IMG/VR virus record: IMGVR_UViG_3300022555_000010
Coordinates: 1-64,000 of that record
Length of the DNA: 64,000 nucleotides
Origin: a virus
Reading direction: 5' to 3' (one strand)
Shown: positions 31,796-42,094 of the stretch, in pieces
How the letters are laid out: each line of letters starts with the position of its first letter
Position numbering within the stretch: the stretch's first letter is position 1
The notes under the pieces: generated by a model
The model's input: only the letters and a program-made list of their open reading frames with translations
Told to the model about the DNA's origin: nothing
Database searches by the model: none
Program-made: the position numbers and the translations under genes

Positions 31796-32998
31796 AGAAG
31801 TATGGTTCGATCACTCATTCGGATGAGTGGTATGAATGCCCCAAGTGCGGTGGGGGAAGTGAGATGTGGACAGTCACAATGGATGGGGAAAAGAAATGAT
31901 ATCAATCTGGTTCGCAATTATGTGGTGTGCAGTGGCAGTCTTGGTGGGGATACTCATTGGGTCGAGAATACCTGGTTGGCTGGTGAACTGGAATCGCCGG
32001 AGGATAATGGATAAATGTGACGAGAGGTTTTCCCTGTGTCTGGATTGTGATTTACATAATCATTGTAAGCGATATTGTAATCACCGGGACGAGGCAGAGA
32101 AGAAGGGTGAAGGGAATGGAATATTATGAAACCTTGTGAAAACTGTAAGGACAAAGAGACTTGTGCTATTCCTTGCCGGGAATTGCTGATTTATAAGGAT
32201 GAAAGTCCGGAGATCAACCTGTTGAGGAAACAACTCACGGAGGCCGAGGAACGGGTCCTGGAGGCTGATAAGCGGCAAAACAGACTCAACGGGGAGTATA
32301 TTGAGGCTGTTCACGATCTGGTCGCCAAACACGAAGCAGAGGTGCTTCTATTGAATCGGAAGATGGAGATTGTCAAACAATCTCTGTGGAAGATCATCCG
32401 GGGTAGTAATGAATTGCCGTATCAAACCGCTGAGACAGCATTGAAAGATGTTGAGGCATGCAAATGAGTGATGAACGTTTAACTGAAGGCATGATAAAAA
32501 AGGGTGGAGTAAACGAAAAGCCGATAAGTCCAAAAAAGGACATTAGACCACCAGCACAATGTCCCCCAGCAATACCGACGATGGCTGAATCATTGGACAA
32601 AATGGAAGAACTGATGGCTATGTTGACGTTGAAGGTCAACAGTTTGCAGTCAAATATCCGACTAATTATTACGCAACGAGATATACTGAGGGAACGGGTA
32701 AGTAAACTTGAAGAAGAATGCCAGGGATTAAGGGATTTGACTTGTCCTCATTGTGCGTCATTGGCGAGTCGAGATGGTGAGATCCTGGCATTGAAGATCA
32801 AATTGGGAGACATAAAATGATTGAATATCTTAAAAGGATGTTTTGCCGGCATGGTGCGATGGAAGTCATAACAGACATGGAATGGGTTAATCAAGGTGCC
32901 TGCTGTGGATCAGTATGTCAGGAGCAACGGAAATATATGATTTGTAAGAAATGTGGATATAAGCGGAAGATATCCAATCGGTGACAAGTGAAGGAGGA

Positions 32999-33214
32999 AT
33001 GACAATGGAAGCGTATCAGGAACGAGTAATTGAAGAGAAGAACCAGTTGGATGAGAAGATCGGGAAACTGATGGACTTCATCGAGGGTCGGGATTTCTCC
33101 AGGAAAATCACTCTGGCAGAACAGAAGCGTATGCGTCGTCAGGAAATGATCATGGAACTCTATTCCGAAGTCCTGGCAGACCGGATCAAACACTTTACAA
33201 TGATTTCACACTGA
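32999..33214 (+). CDS. crAss001_48-like helical protein
   Basis: YQERVIEEKNQLDEKIGKLMDFI...Q...M..YSEVLADRI. Confidence 0.65.
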   Translation: MTMEAYQERVIEEKNQLDEKIGKLMDFIEGRDFSRKITLAEQKRMRRQEMIMELYSEVLADRIKHFTMISH

Positions 33215-33770
33215 TTTGATAATTCACAAGGCGAAACAATGAGCACACATCCAAGAACTGATGCTATCACTTACGGCTGTTCGTTTTCGCCATGGAATCA
33301 AAAGGTTGTCAATCATGCCAATACTCTCGAAGAAGAATTGGCTGCTATGACTCTTAGGGCAGAGAAGGCGGAGCAGAAGGCTACAGCAGCCAGGAAAGCA
33401 CTTGTGGAAGCCTCTATGGCAATGCCAGGAGATAATATGGAGGAGTTCCTTGACGATGTCCTGACAGGCATTGCTGAAATGGACTCTATACAATAATCCA
33501 TATTAATGATAACCTCTTCTTCCAATTAGTCATTGGGAGAAGGGTATGTCAGACTTTGATAGCACACAAGGATGCGTAACCAACGAAGGTTATGCGATGA
33601 TCATGTTTCTATTGGTCGTGGCATGTTTCGCCGTGCCCATCCTACTTGCCTTGGCAGTTGTCTCTGCCGTTCTCGCATTTTGTTCCATACCCATTTTAAT
33701 GATCATCGTCTCCCTGAGATGGCTAATAACCTGGTGGAAAGGTGAAATAGTCAAATAAGGGGGACTTCCA

Positions 33771-34088
33771 ATGTGTGATATGAGACAGACGGATAAGGAT
33801 GAGTATCGCAGGCTATTGGATGAAATCGGAGAGGATTACTGTAAAGCTGGAACCTATTGTATTTTCAAGGAATTCTTAATCGCTGCACATCCGTCCAGGC
33901 GTCTCCTTGTCCAACTCAAGGCGACCGATAAATTCAAATTTGAGAGAAGTGCCAAAGAAGGTAAGAACATTGGTTGGGAACTGGCGATGAAGCTCTGGGT
34001 ATCTGAGGGACACGCCGAACATTTCGCAGATGCTTATACAGATAAGAAACGATTCAGGGACATATACAGGGAGACAATGAGACAATGA
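33771..34088 (+). CDS. hypothetical protein
   Basis: KFKFERSAKEGKNIGWELA..LW. Confidence 0.6.
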   Translation: MCDMRQTDKDEYRRLLDEIGEDYCKAGTYCIFKEFLIAAHPSRRLLVQLKATDKFKFERSAKEGKNIGWELAMKLWVSEGHAEHFADAYTDKKRFRDIYRETMRQ

Positions 34089-34360
34089 AAACTATACAGA
34101 ATCTTTTAGGAGTCTTGGTTTGTTCTTTATTGATGGGTTGTGCTACGGGCATATCATTTATGATGGAACCTGACGGGGTCTACCCGGCAACAAAGATTGA
34201 TTGTTTATATATCACTGAGGAAGTCCCGGCAGAATGGTCTTATGACAAGAGACTGGTCGCATTGGATTTACCAATTATCATTCTTGACTTCCCCGTCTCA
34301 ATCGTGCTGGATACAGTAATGTTTCCATATGATCTATTTTTCAGAAGGGTAAAGGAATGA
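34085..34360 (+). CDS. YceK/YidQ-like lipoprotein
   Basis: Lipobox LMGC; GVYPAT; LDFPVSIVLDTVMFPYD. Confidence 0.75.
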   Translation: MKTIQNLLGVLVCSLLMGCATGISFMMEPDGVYPATKIDCLYITEEVPAEWSYDKRLVALDLPIIILDFPVSIVLDTVMFPYDLFFRRVKE

Positions 34361-35778
34361 CAAACGCACAACAGGCATTGGCAAAGAAACACGGCTCACC
34401 TCAAGAATTCGAAAGAGCCTGCTTCGCAGCAACCAATTCAGGGACAATAACCCTGGATGAGATGATTGACGGGGTAAACCGTTACAGGGATGAATGGGCC
34501 AAAGCAGGTAAACCAGAAGACTTTATCAAGACAGTCCTTAAACGTGCCGGCTTGGATAAGGAAGAAATAGATGTTGTGATGGCTCTAAGGAATAAGTCTG
34601 GGGATACCCTGGCGACAGCCGCTGACCGGGCAAGAAACTTGATGGATCTCCAGGCAGGATGTGGCTTGTCAGATACGGCTGTGGCGAACACTTATCGAGA
34701 CATCATCGGGAAACTCATAGGCTTCTATTGACAAACAAGCAACGAGGTTTGGTCGCTCAGTTTGGTAAGCCCGAGGAATTCAACAAGGCAATTCAAAAGG
34801 TCGCCAGAAAATCAATGACAATTCGTGATGCCAATCACGCAATACGATCCTATAAGGTGATGTGGAAGAAAGCAGGGGAAAAGGAATGAAGAAATATAGA
34901 GTCATTGAACCTTTATTCGGACCTGTGTGCTCTACTTGCCTGAGAAGAAGGCAATATCTGGCTACCGGCTGGCTCTGGTGGAAGAAAACAGGATGGTACT
35001 GCGATTGTAATTGGCCATTTAAAAAGTCAAAGAAGTCCTGATCCGGCGTATAATGGGGAATGAAGAAGTTCCTGAAATCAATTTTAATGTGGCTATGTAA
35101 GCGGGGAATACATCCCTATTACACCACTCAATATATTGAATGTGGCTGTTTTGCCATTCGATGCCCCGTATGTGGAGAATCCGACTATGACAACCCCAAC
35201 CCTCTCTAAAATTAAAGATCCTAATTCTTGTTCAAACTGTGTGTCTCTGAGATGGGGACCAGAAGAAGGCTGGGATAAATGTGAGAAGCATGGAATTGGT
35301 GTCTATTGGGCGGATAAAGCCAAACAGATCTGTAGTGATCATAAGAGATCCAACTTAAAAGACCCCAGGAACCCAGAACCCGTCATCGAATCATTTGATG
35401 ATTGGTTCAAGTCAACCAAACATTATGGTTGTCCGAGACATAATGATTTCTATGATGTTATGGAACAAGCCTGGAATGCGGCTCTAAAACACGGAGTAAA
35501 GAAATGAATATCACTCAATCAAAACTTAAAGAACTGGAACAAGCAATCCTGAAGGAAATCAATCGAGTCAGATTGGAACTGAGCGATTCTCTTTCCGAAT
35601 CAGATGACTTGGTCTTAGCCCAGGTCATAGACAAAATTTGGCAAAAACAACTCGGTATCATTACATCGAAAGAATAAATTATGGCTATCCCACATTTCAA
35701 ATTACCAGAACATAAACTCTTTCTCTATAGACTTGCTCGACATAAATACGAAGAGATGTGGAATAAGAGGAAGGACAC

Positions 35779-36453
35779 ATGGATAAACTGCAAATGGTCG
35801 ATCTCAATCTCGTTCTGAAGGCGATCGATGAGGAAAAGGAATTCCCCGGTGATATGCCTGACGTTATGAAACAAGCGATGGGCGGGAATACCACATTAAT
35901 CCAGAAAGCCTTGAGGTCTGCTGTATCCCTTACCAAAAGGAGTATCCAGAAGAGGATTGTAACCCAAATCGAGGCGTCATTACCCGGTTGTGGGGGCAAT
36001 TGCACCTGTGATAAGACTCCCAAACCCTTCAAGATTGAACTCTATCAACAGGATTGGACACCAGGGTTCGCTGCCTTCAACGACGATGGCTCCATCCAGG
36101 CAGGGGCTCCCGCTCATATCTCCCTGGATATCGGGGCCTTCATGAGCATCCTGGACACTGAGGAAATCAGTAAACAGGACTTACCTTATGTCATAGCCGA
36201 TTCAATCATGCACGAAATCATTCATGCCTTGGAATCCTGGGCCAGTGTCGAATTCAATGAGGAGAAGGTTGAGGGGCTTTTGGATAAATACCGGGAGAAA
36301 TACCGGAATACCCCACCACCGGTATCAGATGAGGCGATCACAAAAGACTGTTCTTCCTGTAAAAAGAAGTTCACGGGCGGAACAGATAGCTGTGTCCCGG
36401 CACCTGTGGGGATCTCAGGCTTCGAGGCTTGTGATAATTGGGAACAAAAATGA
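35779..36453 (+). CDS. putative zinc metallopeptidase-like protein
   Basis: HEIIH. Confidence 0.5.
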   Translation: MDKLQMVDLNLVLKAIDEEKEFPGDMPDVMKQAMGGNTTLIQKALRSAVSLTKRSIQKRIVTQIEASLPGCGGNCTCDKTPKPFKIELYQQDWTPGFAAFNDDGSIQAGAPAHISLDIGAFMSILDTEEISKQDLPYVIADSIMHEIIHALESWASVEFNEEKVEGLLDKYREKYRNTPPPVSDEAITKDCSSCKKKFTGGTDSCVPAPVGISGFEACDNWEQK

Positions 36454-36923
36454 GGAAGAAAGTGGATTGGACTATTCCAAGGATAAGACCTAATGATTAC
36501 TCATATCTGATTAGATTACGAGACCTCGATGTTTGGAAGAAATGGGCAATAAATATATCCGGATTGGAAAATCTCGAAATCGAGGCCAGAAAGTTTTCAA
36601 AAAAAGATGAAAATACCCATATGTGGGTTCGATGTGGTTCTAAGAAAATCTTTGTTAATGAGAACATCATTGGTAATCAGGCCTTCAGACTTCCAGACTT
36701 AAGGGCCTTCTTATTACATGAGTTGGGACATTTAATAGGTAAAAATCGATTGAATAGCGAATATGTTGCTCATAAATGGGCAATCAAGAAAGCCAAACAA
36801 TTGGGACTATTAATGGAATTGAGGAAATTACAAGTTCTGGCTCTTGGATGGAACGGAGGACCAGATATGGAAATAGAATATCGAGTAGCTGAAAAGAAAT
36901 TGTTGAAACAGGGACTATTATGA
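36450..36923 (+). CDS. putative zinc metallopeptidase-like protein
   Basis: LLHELGH...SEYVAH.WA. Confidence 0.55.
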   Translation: MRKKVDWTIPRIRPNDYSYLIRLRDLDVWKKWAINISGLENLEIEARKFSKKDENTHMWVRCGSKKIFVNENIIGNQAFRLPDLRAFLLHELGHLIGKNRLNSEYVAHKWAIKKAKQLGLLMELRKLQVLALGWNGGPDMEIEYRVAEKKLLKQGLL

Positions 36924-37205
36924 CTTTTTGCACCCATGGTTATAAATGCCCAAAATGCGGATCTTCGGCTATCCAGATGAAAAAAAGAATTGTGGTGCGA
37001 TATCTCTCAAATCTGGACTCGAAACCCTAATTTATCATCACACGTAAATATCACCGTTAAAGTCGGAAAGTCGAAAATCTTTCTGGAAGATACAGATAAT
37101 CTTTATTGCGGGGGATGTGGCTATTTAAGTGAATCAACAGCCTTTAAGTGGAACCCAGGACCCATAGGCTCTATCCCGGTAACAGCAGAAAAAGAGGTAG
37201 CATGA
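36920..37205 (+). pseudogene. array member split by a frameshift in A7 (36980-36986)
   Basis: MTFCTHGYKCPKC joins ELWC...GPIGSIPVTAEKEVA if one A is removed; aligns with the next gene. Confidence 0.7.
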
Positions 37206-37543
37206 GTGCCAGTTACAGTTATCAAGGATGGAAATGCCCCAAATGCGGTAGCGAGAACCTGGGAGTGACTGTCGAATTGGAATGTCGCCTCGAACAAACC
37301 GAATTTACAAATCCTGAAGGTTATGTCGGGAATGATTACCATGTGGAACCCCCATTCTCGGGGAACGGGGGTATGACCAAAACTTCACCAATGTCCTGTC
37401 ATAATTGCGGATATCAGGCCACGGTTGAAGCATTTGAGTGGATTAAAGGCCCAGAAGGATCTATCACGGCAACAGCAGAAGTCGCAATATGTGACGACTT
37501 AACCCCTCAATCAAGTCTTAATGTGTCATATATGACGCATTAA
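37202..37543 (+). CDS. array microprotein
   Basis: CPKC..CHNC..GPEGSITATAE. Confidence 0.8.
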   Translation: MSASYSYQGWKCPKCGSENLGVTVELECRLEQTEFTNPEGYVGNDYHVEPPFSGNGGMTKTSPMSCHNCGYQATVEAFEWIKGPEGSITATAEVAICDDLTPQSSLNVSYMTH

Positions 37544-37562
37544 AGACACCTGTGTCAATTAT

Positions 37563-37757
37563 ATGAGTCATTATCCATTGATCAGATGCCCAAAATGTTT
37601 CAGTCATGAATTGGATTTGAGAGGTGATCCGAAACATAGTAATTATACGGTATACCAATGCCTGAAATGCGGTAATGATGGTTCGAATATCGAATTCTCA
37701 GTTAATAACCCGGAAGGCTGTATCGCAGTAAATCAGGGCGAGGATGTTAAAGAATGA
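37563..37757 (+). CDS. array microprotein
   Basis: NPEGCIAVNQGEDV. Confidence 0.8.
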   Translation: MSHYPLIRCPKCFSHELDLRGDPKHSNYTVYQCLKCGNDGSNIEFSVNNPEGCIAVNQGEDVKE

Positions 37758-37954
37758 AATCCGGGAAACATAGATGCCATAACTGTATGGGAGATGTCTT
37801 CTGGGACGGAACTCGAAGACAGCCTGTTAAATATATCCTCAAATGCGTCAAATGCGGTCAAACAGGCAATTATCTAACCTTCCTTGATAATACCCCAAAA
37901 GGATGTTTCCTGGTCAGAGAGGAACAAGACGAATTATGCCTCACTTTACCTTAA
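37754..37954 (+). CDS. array microprotein
   Basis: TPKGCFLVREEQDE. Confidence 0.8.
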   Translation: MKSGKHRCHNCMGDVFWDGTRRQPVKYILKCVKCGQTGNYLTFLDNTPKGCFLVREEQDELCLTLP

Positions 37955-38136
37955 AATTAAGATGTCCATATTGTCTATTCAGAATCTTCCACCTCGCTAT
38001 CGTCCAGGATGCATTGGAGATCGAGCCGCAATACGAATGCCAGGGATGCGGTTATACAGATATCTCTGAAAATCTCTACGATAATACCCCAAAAGGATGT
38101 ATCGCAGTGACAATGGGGGAGGACGTAAAAGAATGA
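37936..38136 (+). CDS. array microprotein
   Basis: TPKGCIAVTMGEDV. Confidence 0.8.
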   Translation: MPHFTLKLRCPYCLFRIFHLAIVQDALEIEPQYECQGCGYTDISENLYDNTPKGCIAVTMGEDVKE

Positions 38137-38306
38137 ATTACCGATGCCCCAAATGTAATGAAACCGAATTTAAAGAGGCGAATATTATGTCCAACGGGAG
38201 ACGAGTAGTCGAATGCCGTAATTGTGGATTTGAAGATTTCGATTTCTGGATGATTGACCTCATCCCGGAAGGCACTATCCCAGTAAGACAGGAAAGGGAT
38301 ATTTAA
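38133..38306 (+). CDS. array microprotein
   Basis: IPEGTIPVRQERDI. Confidence 0.8.
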   Translation: MNYRCPKCNETEFKEANIMSNGRRVVECRNCGFEDFDFWMIDLIPEGTIPVRQERDI

Positions 38307-38501
38307 ATGGCTCACTTTATCTTAGGCGTCAAATGTCCCAAATGTCTCTCGCATTCTATTCAGGTGTCAGATATCCAATCCTGGGAAAGAGGAAGACTCT
38401 GGGAATGCACAAATTGCCATTATGACGACGTCGAACAAACCTTTATCCAAAATGAACCAAAAGGCTGTATCACCGTAACAGCAGGAAAAGACGTGGAATG
38501 A
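38307..38501 (+). CDS. array microprotein
   Basis: EPKGCITVTAGKDV. Confidence 0.8.
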   Translation: MAHFILGVKCPKCLSHSIQVSDIQSWERGRLWECTNCHYDDVEQTFIQNEPKGCITVTAGKDVE

Positions 38502-38740
38502 CTATCAGTACCGTCAAAATTACACAATTAAATGGAAAGATTAAAATCAGCCAATTAAGATGTCTTTCATGTGGGAACACGGGATTTGATAAAATGATCA
38601 AAAAAGTGCCTATGATTCAATTGTCCACATTGGACGTCCAATTGAAATGTAATCATTGTGGCCAATTAGGGGATATGTGGATCTTCAGGGATAAAACCCC
38701 TCCAGGTACTATCCCGGTCAACAGGGAAAGGGATATATGA
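38498..38740 (+). CDS. array microprotein
   Basis: TPPGTIPVNRERDI. Confidence 0.8.
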   Translation: MTISTVKITQLNGKIKISQLRCLSCGNTGFDKMIKKVPMIQLSTLDVQLKCNHCGQLGDMWIFRDKTPPGTIPVNRERDI

Positions 38741-38928
38741 TCCGAGTCATCAGATGCCCCATTTGTCTGAGCCACCGTCTCTCCCGAGATATCCCATTGA
38801 AATTCATGGATTATAAATCCAGGTGGAAATGTAAGGATTGCAATTATGAGGATACCGATGATAACTTCATCGTGAATTGTGCCCCAGGATGCATTACCGT
38901 ATCAAGAGGCGAGGACGTAATAAAATGA
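38737..38928 (+). CDS. array microprotein
   Basis: APGCITVSRGEDV. Confidence 0.8.
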   Translation: MIRVIRCPICLSHRLSRDIPLKFMDYKSRWKCKDCNYEDTDDNFIVNCAPGCITVSRGEDVIK

Positions 38929-39250
38929 AAAGATTAAAAGAAATCATGGTTGCCTATCTCAAATTAAATTGGTATCTATTAACCCAAGGCATGTGGAAAG
39001 GCGAATGCGGCTATACCGTCCAACACCAAAATAATCACATCGTTAAAATCGCCGCAGTTAAAGGCTCTATCCGCAATTTCACCTTCCAAGTAATGAAAAC
39101 CTTCTATGAGGAACAATAATGAATAAAAGAAATCACTATAACCAGCCGTCCCCTAAAGAATTCATCATCTTTATCATTATCCTCTTCCTCATTGTGAAAT
39201 TGGGCTGCATGGGATTGGATAAATTGTTGTTGAAATAAAAGGAGTCAATT

Positions 39251-39781
39251 ATGAATTGGTTCAAATGCCTGGAGAAGATTAACGACGTCTCAATATCACC
39301 CTTAGATCAGTTTATGGATAATCGAGGCTGGCTCGCAGAAATATATCGGGAAGATACTACCCCAACTTCCCTCCTCCCCAAAATGGCCTATGTCTCAATC
39401 ACTAAGCCAGGAGTCGTCAGAGGCCCTCACCAACATACTCAACAATCAGACTTATTCGCCTTTGTCTATGGAATATGGTGGGTTAAACTCTGGGACGTCC
39501 GACAAGACTCTCCAACCTATAAGACTATCATGAGATTCAAACTCACGATCCCAGCCGTCGTCATCGTACCCCCAGGCGTCGTCCACGCTTACGGTAACGC
39601 CCATTACAAAAAGAATGGCATCGTCTTCAACCTCCCGAACCAACTCTTCAAAGGCCAAGGCAAGAAAAACCCGGTAGACGAAATCAGACACGAAGAGAAT
39701 CCAGCCTTCAATACAGACGATATCTCAAACCAACATTGGATCTCCCAATTCTGGGCTCTACAAACCTATATCCAATCATAA
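39251..39781 (+). CDS. dTDP-4-dehydrorhamnose 3,5-epimerase-like cupin (RmlC-like)
   Basis: DNRGWLAEIYR, PGVVRGPHQH..Q.D, WDVRQDSPTY, VPPGVVHAY. Confidence 0.85.
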   Translation: MNWFKCLEKINDVSISPLDQFMDNRGWLAEIYREDTTPTSLLPKMAYVSITKPGVVRGPHQHTQQSDLFAFVYGIWWVKLWDVRQDSPTYKTIMRFKLTIPAVVIVPPGVVHAYGNAHYKKNGIVFNLPNQLFKGQGKKNPVDEIRHEENPAFNTDDISNQHWISQFWALQTYIQS

Positions 39782-40016
39782 ACAGCACACCCGTGTAATA
39801 CCTCTTTTCTTCCCCCTACATATAATACTAAAGAAATTTCTGCACTTTCCCCACCCGTGTAATATCGAGGAATAGCCATATTTTCCAGAAGGTAGGGAAA
39901 GAGGTGGAAATGGGTTGAGCAGTATAGGGACATACATGCACGATAACATAGATACTGTTACATAGACATATAGAGAGTTATATACAGGGATAGACATATG
40001 ACTGCTTACCAGGTAA

Positions 40017-40124
40017 CAAGATGAAAATGATATGAAACCAAGATGAAAATGATATGAAACCAAGATGAAAATGATAGCAACCAAGATGAAAATAATATGA
40101 AACCAAGATGAAAATGATAGCAAC
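40017..40124 (+). repeat. five tandem 21-22 bp iteron-like repeats CAAGATGAAAATrATA(TGA/GC)AAC
   Basis: Units start at 40017, 40039, 40061, 40082 and 40104. Confidence 0.9.
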
Positions 40125-40230
40125 CCGACAGAGAATTTTCCCATTCCTCTCCACAGAATTTTCACTCCAATTCTTGTTACGGGACAGAAACACTTCCAAC
40201 AGTTCCATATGGTCGGCGATGTAGGGGCCT

Positions 40231-40303
40231 TGAAATAGGACAGCTATGAAAATAACGGAAGGCAAGTGCCTTGTGGGGGCCTGTTCTATGAGCCAGGATT
40301 TTT
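40231..40303 (+). repeat. bipartite repeat, copy 1: TGAAATAGGACAGCTATG-N39-ATGAGCCAGGATTTTT
   Basis: Same boxes and spacing at 48479-48551. Confidence 0.85.
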
Positions 40304-40337
40304 TGAAAATTCGATTTTGCGATTTTGGGGTAAAAGG

Positions 40338-40552
40338 ATGAATAATGACATGGCGTTAATGATCTCATTGCAATTTTGTGATGGGTGTCGCAAAAAGGTG
40401 GATATAAGGGTGGGGTTATCAGCAGACAGATGGGGGAGGAAGTGGAATATCTGTCCGAGATGTGGTGGGACAGGGCATATTGGGAAAATGATTGGGTATC
40501 TGGGGTAGAGGGGTGCATATTTGTGGCTGATGAAATAAATGTGAGGAATTAA
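40338..40552 (+). pseudogene. array member with an apparent 1-nt deletion near 40467-40469
   Basis: CPRCGG continues in the -1 frame as DRAYWENDWVSGVEGCIFVADE. Confidence 0.65.
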
Positions 40553-40941
40553 TGGGGAGTGGGTTTCAATTCAGCAAAGTGGTGACGACGGCGGAATTAT
40601 ATTGTGCCAAGTGTCGGGAAGTGGTGGACATACGGGTGGACATATCGAAGGATCGGTGTGTGGAGTGGACAGAGTGTCCGAGATGTCATGGGAATTCGAC
40701 GACCTGGAAGAATTCGAATAAGCCTGGGGACACGGTTGGGAGTATTTATGTGGTAGACGAGGAGAATTACCATCAGGATTATCAGAGGATGGCACCACAA
40801 TTTCGGGGGAATCGTGTGGGAGGATCTTGTAGGGAGTGTGGGAACTGCGATAAATGTACGGTACATTCGACAGATGGGTGGGCAAGTTGTTGGTGGCCGA
40901 AGGGAAGTATTATTGTGATGGAGGAGCGTGAGGAGGGATAA
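40552..40941 (+). CDS. array protein, two fused units
   Basis: TVGSIYVVDEE and CWWPKGSIIVMEERE. Confidence 0.8.
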   Translation: MGSGFQFSKVVTTAELYCAKCREVVDIRVDISKDRCVEWTECPRCHGNSTTWKNSNKPGDTVGSIYVVDEENYHQDYQRMAPQFRGNRVGGSCRECGNCDKCTVHSTDGWASCWWPKGSIIVMEEREEG

Positions 40942-40944
40942 AAG

Positions 40945-41121
40945 ATGGTAGAATTCAAACCATGTAGGACTTGTGGGTATCGGCCATATGACAATTACAA
41001 GTTATCGGATGATGGGTGTAACCGGGAATTTATTACAAAGGGAGGGAAAGACTGTTGGGTTCCGGAAGGGAGCATTGGGATTTCGGATGAGCAGCCAGTA
41101 ATTGAGACAATTGGGGTATAA
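40945..41121 (+). CDS. array microprotein (not in track)
   Basis: MVEFKPCRTC...CWVPEGSIGISDEQPVIETIGV. Confidence 0.8.
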   Translation: MVEFKPCRTCGYRPYDNYKLSDDGCNREFITKGGKDCWVPEGSIGISDEQPVIETIGV

Positions 41122-41127
41122 TGGGGG

Positions 41128-41337
41128 ATGGACGATGAGATTAAATATTTCAAATTATGGTGTTATGACTGTAAGAGGTGGGCAGACATACGGATGTCAG
41201 TAGATTTGGAGGGGAAGGAATTAGCAGGGGTGACGAGCTGTTCGATATGTAAAGGGAAGGATACGAGATGGCTCTTTAGTTTTACGGGGGCGTCCAAGGA
41301 GGGGTGCATATTTGTGACGGGGAGTCGGGATGAGTAA
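41128..41337 (+). CDS. array microprotein
   Basis: KEGCIFVTGSRDE. Confidence 0.8.
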   Translation: MDDEIKYFKLWCYDCKRWADIRMSVDLEGKELAGVTSCSICKGKDTRWLFSFTGASKEGCIFVTGSRDE

Positions 41338-41537
41338 TAATGAATTAAAGAGATGTGGGACGTGTGAAGCGTATAAGGATTGGAATCGTGAAGGGGGATT
41401 TGGAGGAGCAGGGATGAAGAGGTGTTCCTTGCATTTAAGAGCGTTGGGGGGGGATATCTGAAGAATGTAGGCGGACGAGGATACATTGGCACCCGGTAGG
41501 GACGGTAAGGGTTGAGGGAGAGCGGGATGAGTTTTAA
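41330..41537 (+). pseudogene. array member frameshifted in G8 (41446-41453)
   Basis: G7 would restore ...HWHPVGTVRVEGERDEF. Confidence 0.7.
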
Positions 41538-41711
41538 ATTGGATGAATTAAAGAGGTGCGGGACTTGTGGGAGTTATCGTGGGGGATCACGTCAGAGAAT
41601 CAGTGTCAGAGGGGATTGATGGGGTTGGGGGTTTGTATGAATGATGGGAAGGGGAGGATTTATTGGCATCCGGTGGGAATGATAAGGGTGGAGGAAGAAA
41701 GGGATGAGTAA
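41527..41711 (+). pseudogene. array member frameshifted in G5 (41581-41585)
   Basis: G6 would restore ...YWHPVGMIRVEEERDE. Confidence 0.7.
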
Positions 41712-41943
41712 GGGCTTGGAGGGATGTAAGGCCTGTGAGACTTGTGGGGATTATTTGGAATGGGAGACGATATTGGTTGCAAGGAAATGGATCTGTACCA
41801 GTGGAATAATTTTTACGGGAGTGTGTATTCAGGATGGCAGGATTTATTGGCATCCGGTGGGGACGATAAGAGTTATGGGGGAGCAAGATGACATTTCAAA
41901 AGATGAGAACGATGGCATTAATTCAGAGGAGTGCCGGGGGTAA
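41704..41943 (+). CDS. array microprotein
   Basis: YWHPVGTIRVMGEQD. Confidence 0.8.
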   Translation: MSKGLEGCKACETCGDYLEWETILVARKWICTSGIIFTGVCIQDGRIYWHPVGTIRVMGEQDDISKDENDGINSEECRG

Positions 41944-42094
41944 GGTTCCGCCGATAGAGGGGGGAGGGTGTCAGGAGTGTCAGGTTTTTTATGATGGGTG
42001 TAACAGTCTTCAGAGTCGGGAGGAGATATTGACTTGTTTTGTAGCATTGGGGTGTATCAAGGTTATTAGAGAGCAGGATGCAGAGTCAGTTTAA
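41888..42094 (+). CDS. array microprotein
   Basis: CFVALGCIKVIREQD. Confidence 0.75.
   Translation: MTFQKMRTMALIQRSAGGKVPPIEGGGCQECQVFYDGCNSLQSREEILTCFVALGCIKVIREQDAESV

Larger units (their letters stand above)
36920..38928 (+). other. tagged-microprotein array, left arm (9 CxxC...CxxC zinc-ribbon genes)
   Basis: Starts 36920(frameshifted), 37202, 37563, 37754, 37936, 38133, 38307, 38498, 38737; all carry PxG[CTS][IF]x[VA]. Confidence 0.9.
39782..40337. other. non-coding locus at the GC-skew switch: candidate replication origin or genome terminus
   Basis: Largest gene-free stretch; CACCCGTGTAATA at 39788 and 39852; AT-rich tract; tandem repeats. Confidence 0.55.

Noticed and set aside
36980-36987. 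Programmed -1 frameshift at AAAAAAG
   Set aside because: Joining the two halves needs a +1 shift, and the heptamer is not in the canonical phase.
40017-40124. CRISPR array
   Set aside because: Units are directly adjacent with no spacers, and no cas genes are present.
39776-40265. Minus-strand hydrophobic ORFs over the repeat locus
   Set aside because: They are translations of the tandem repeats.
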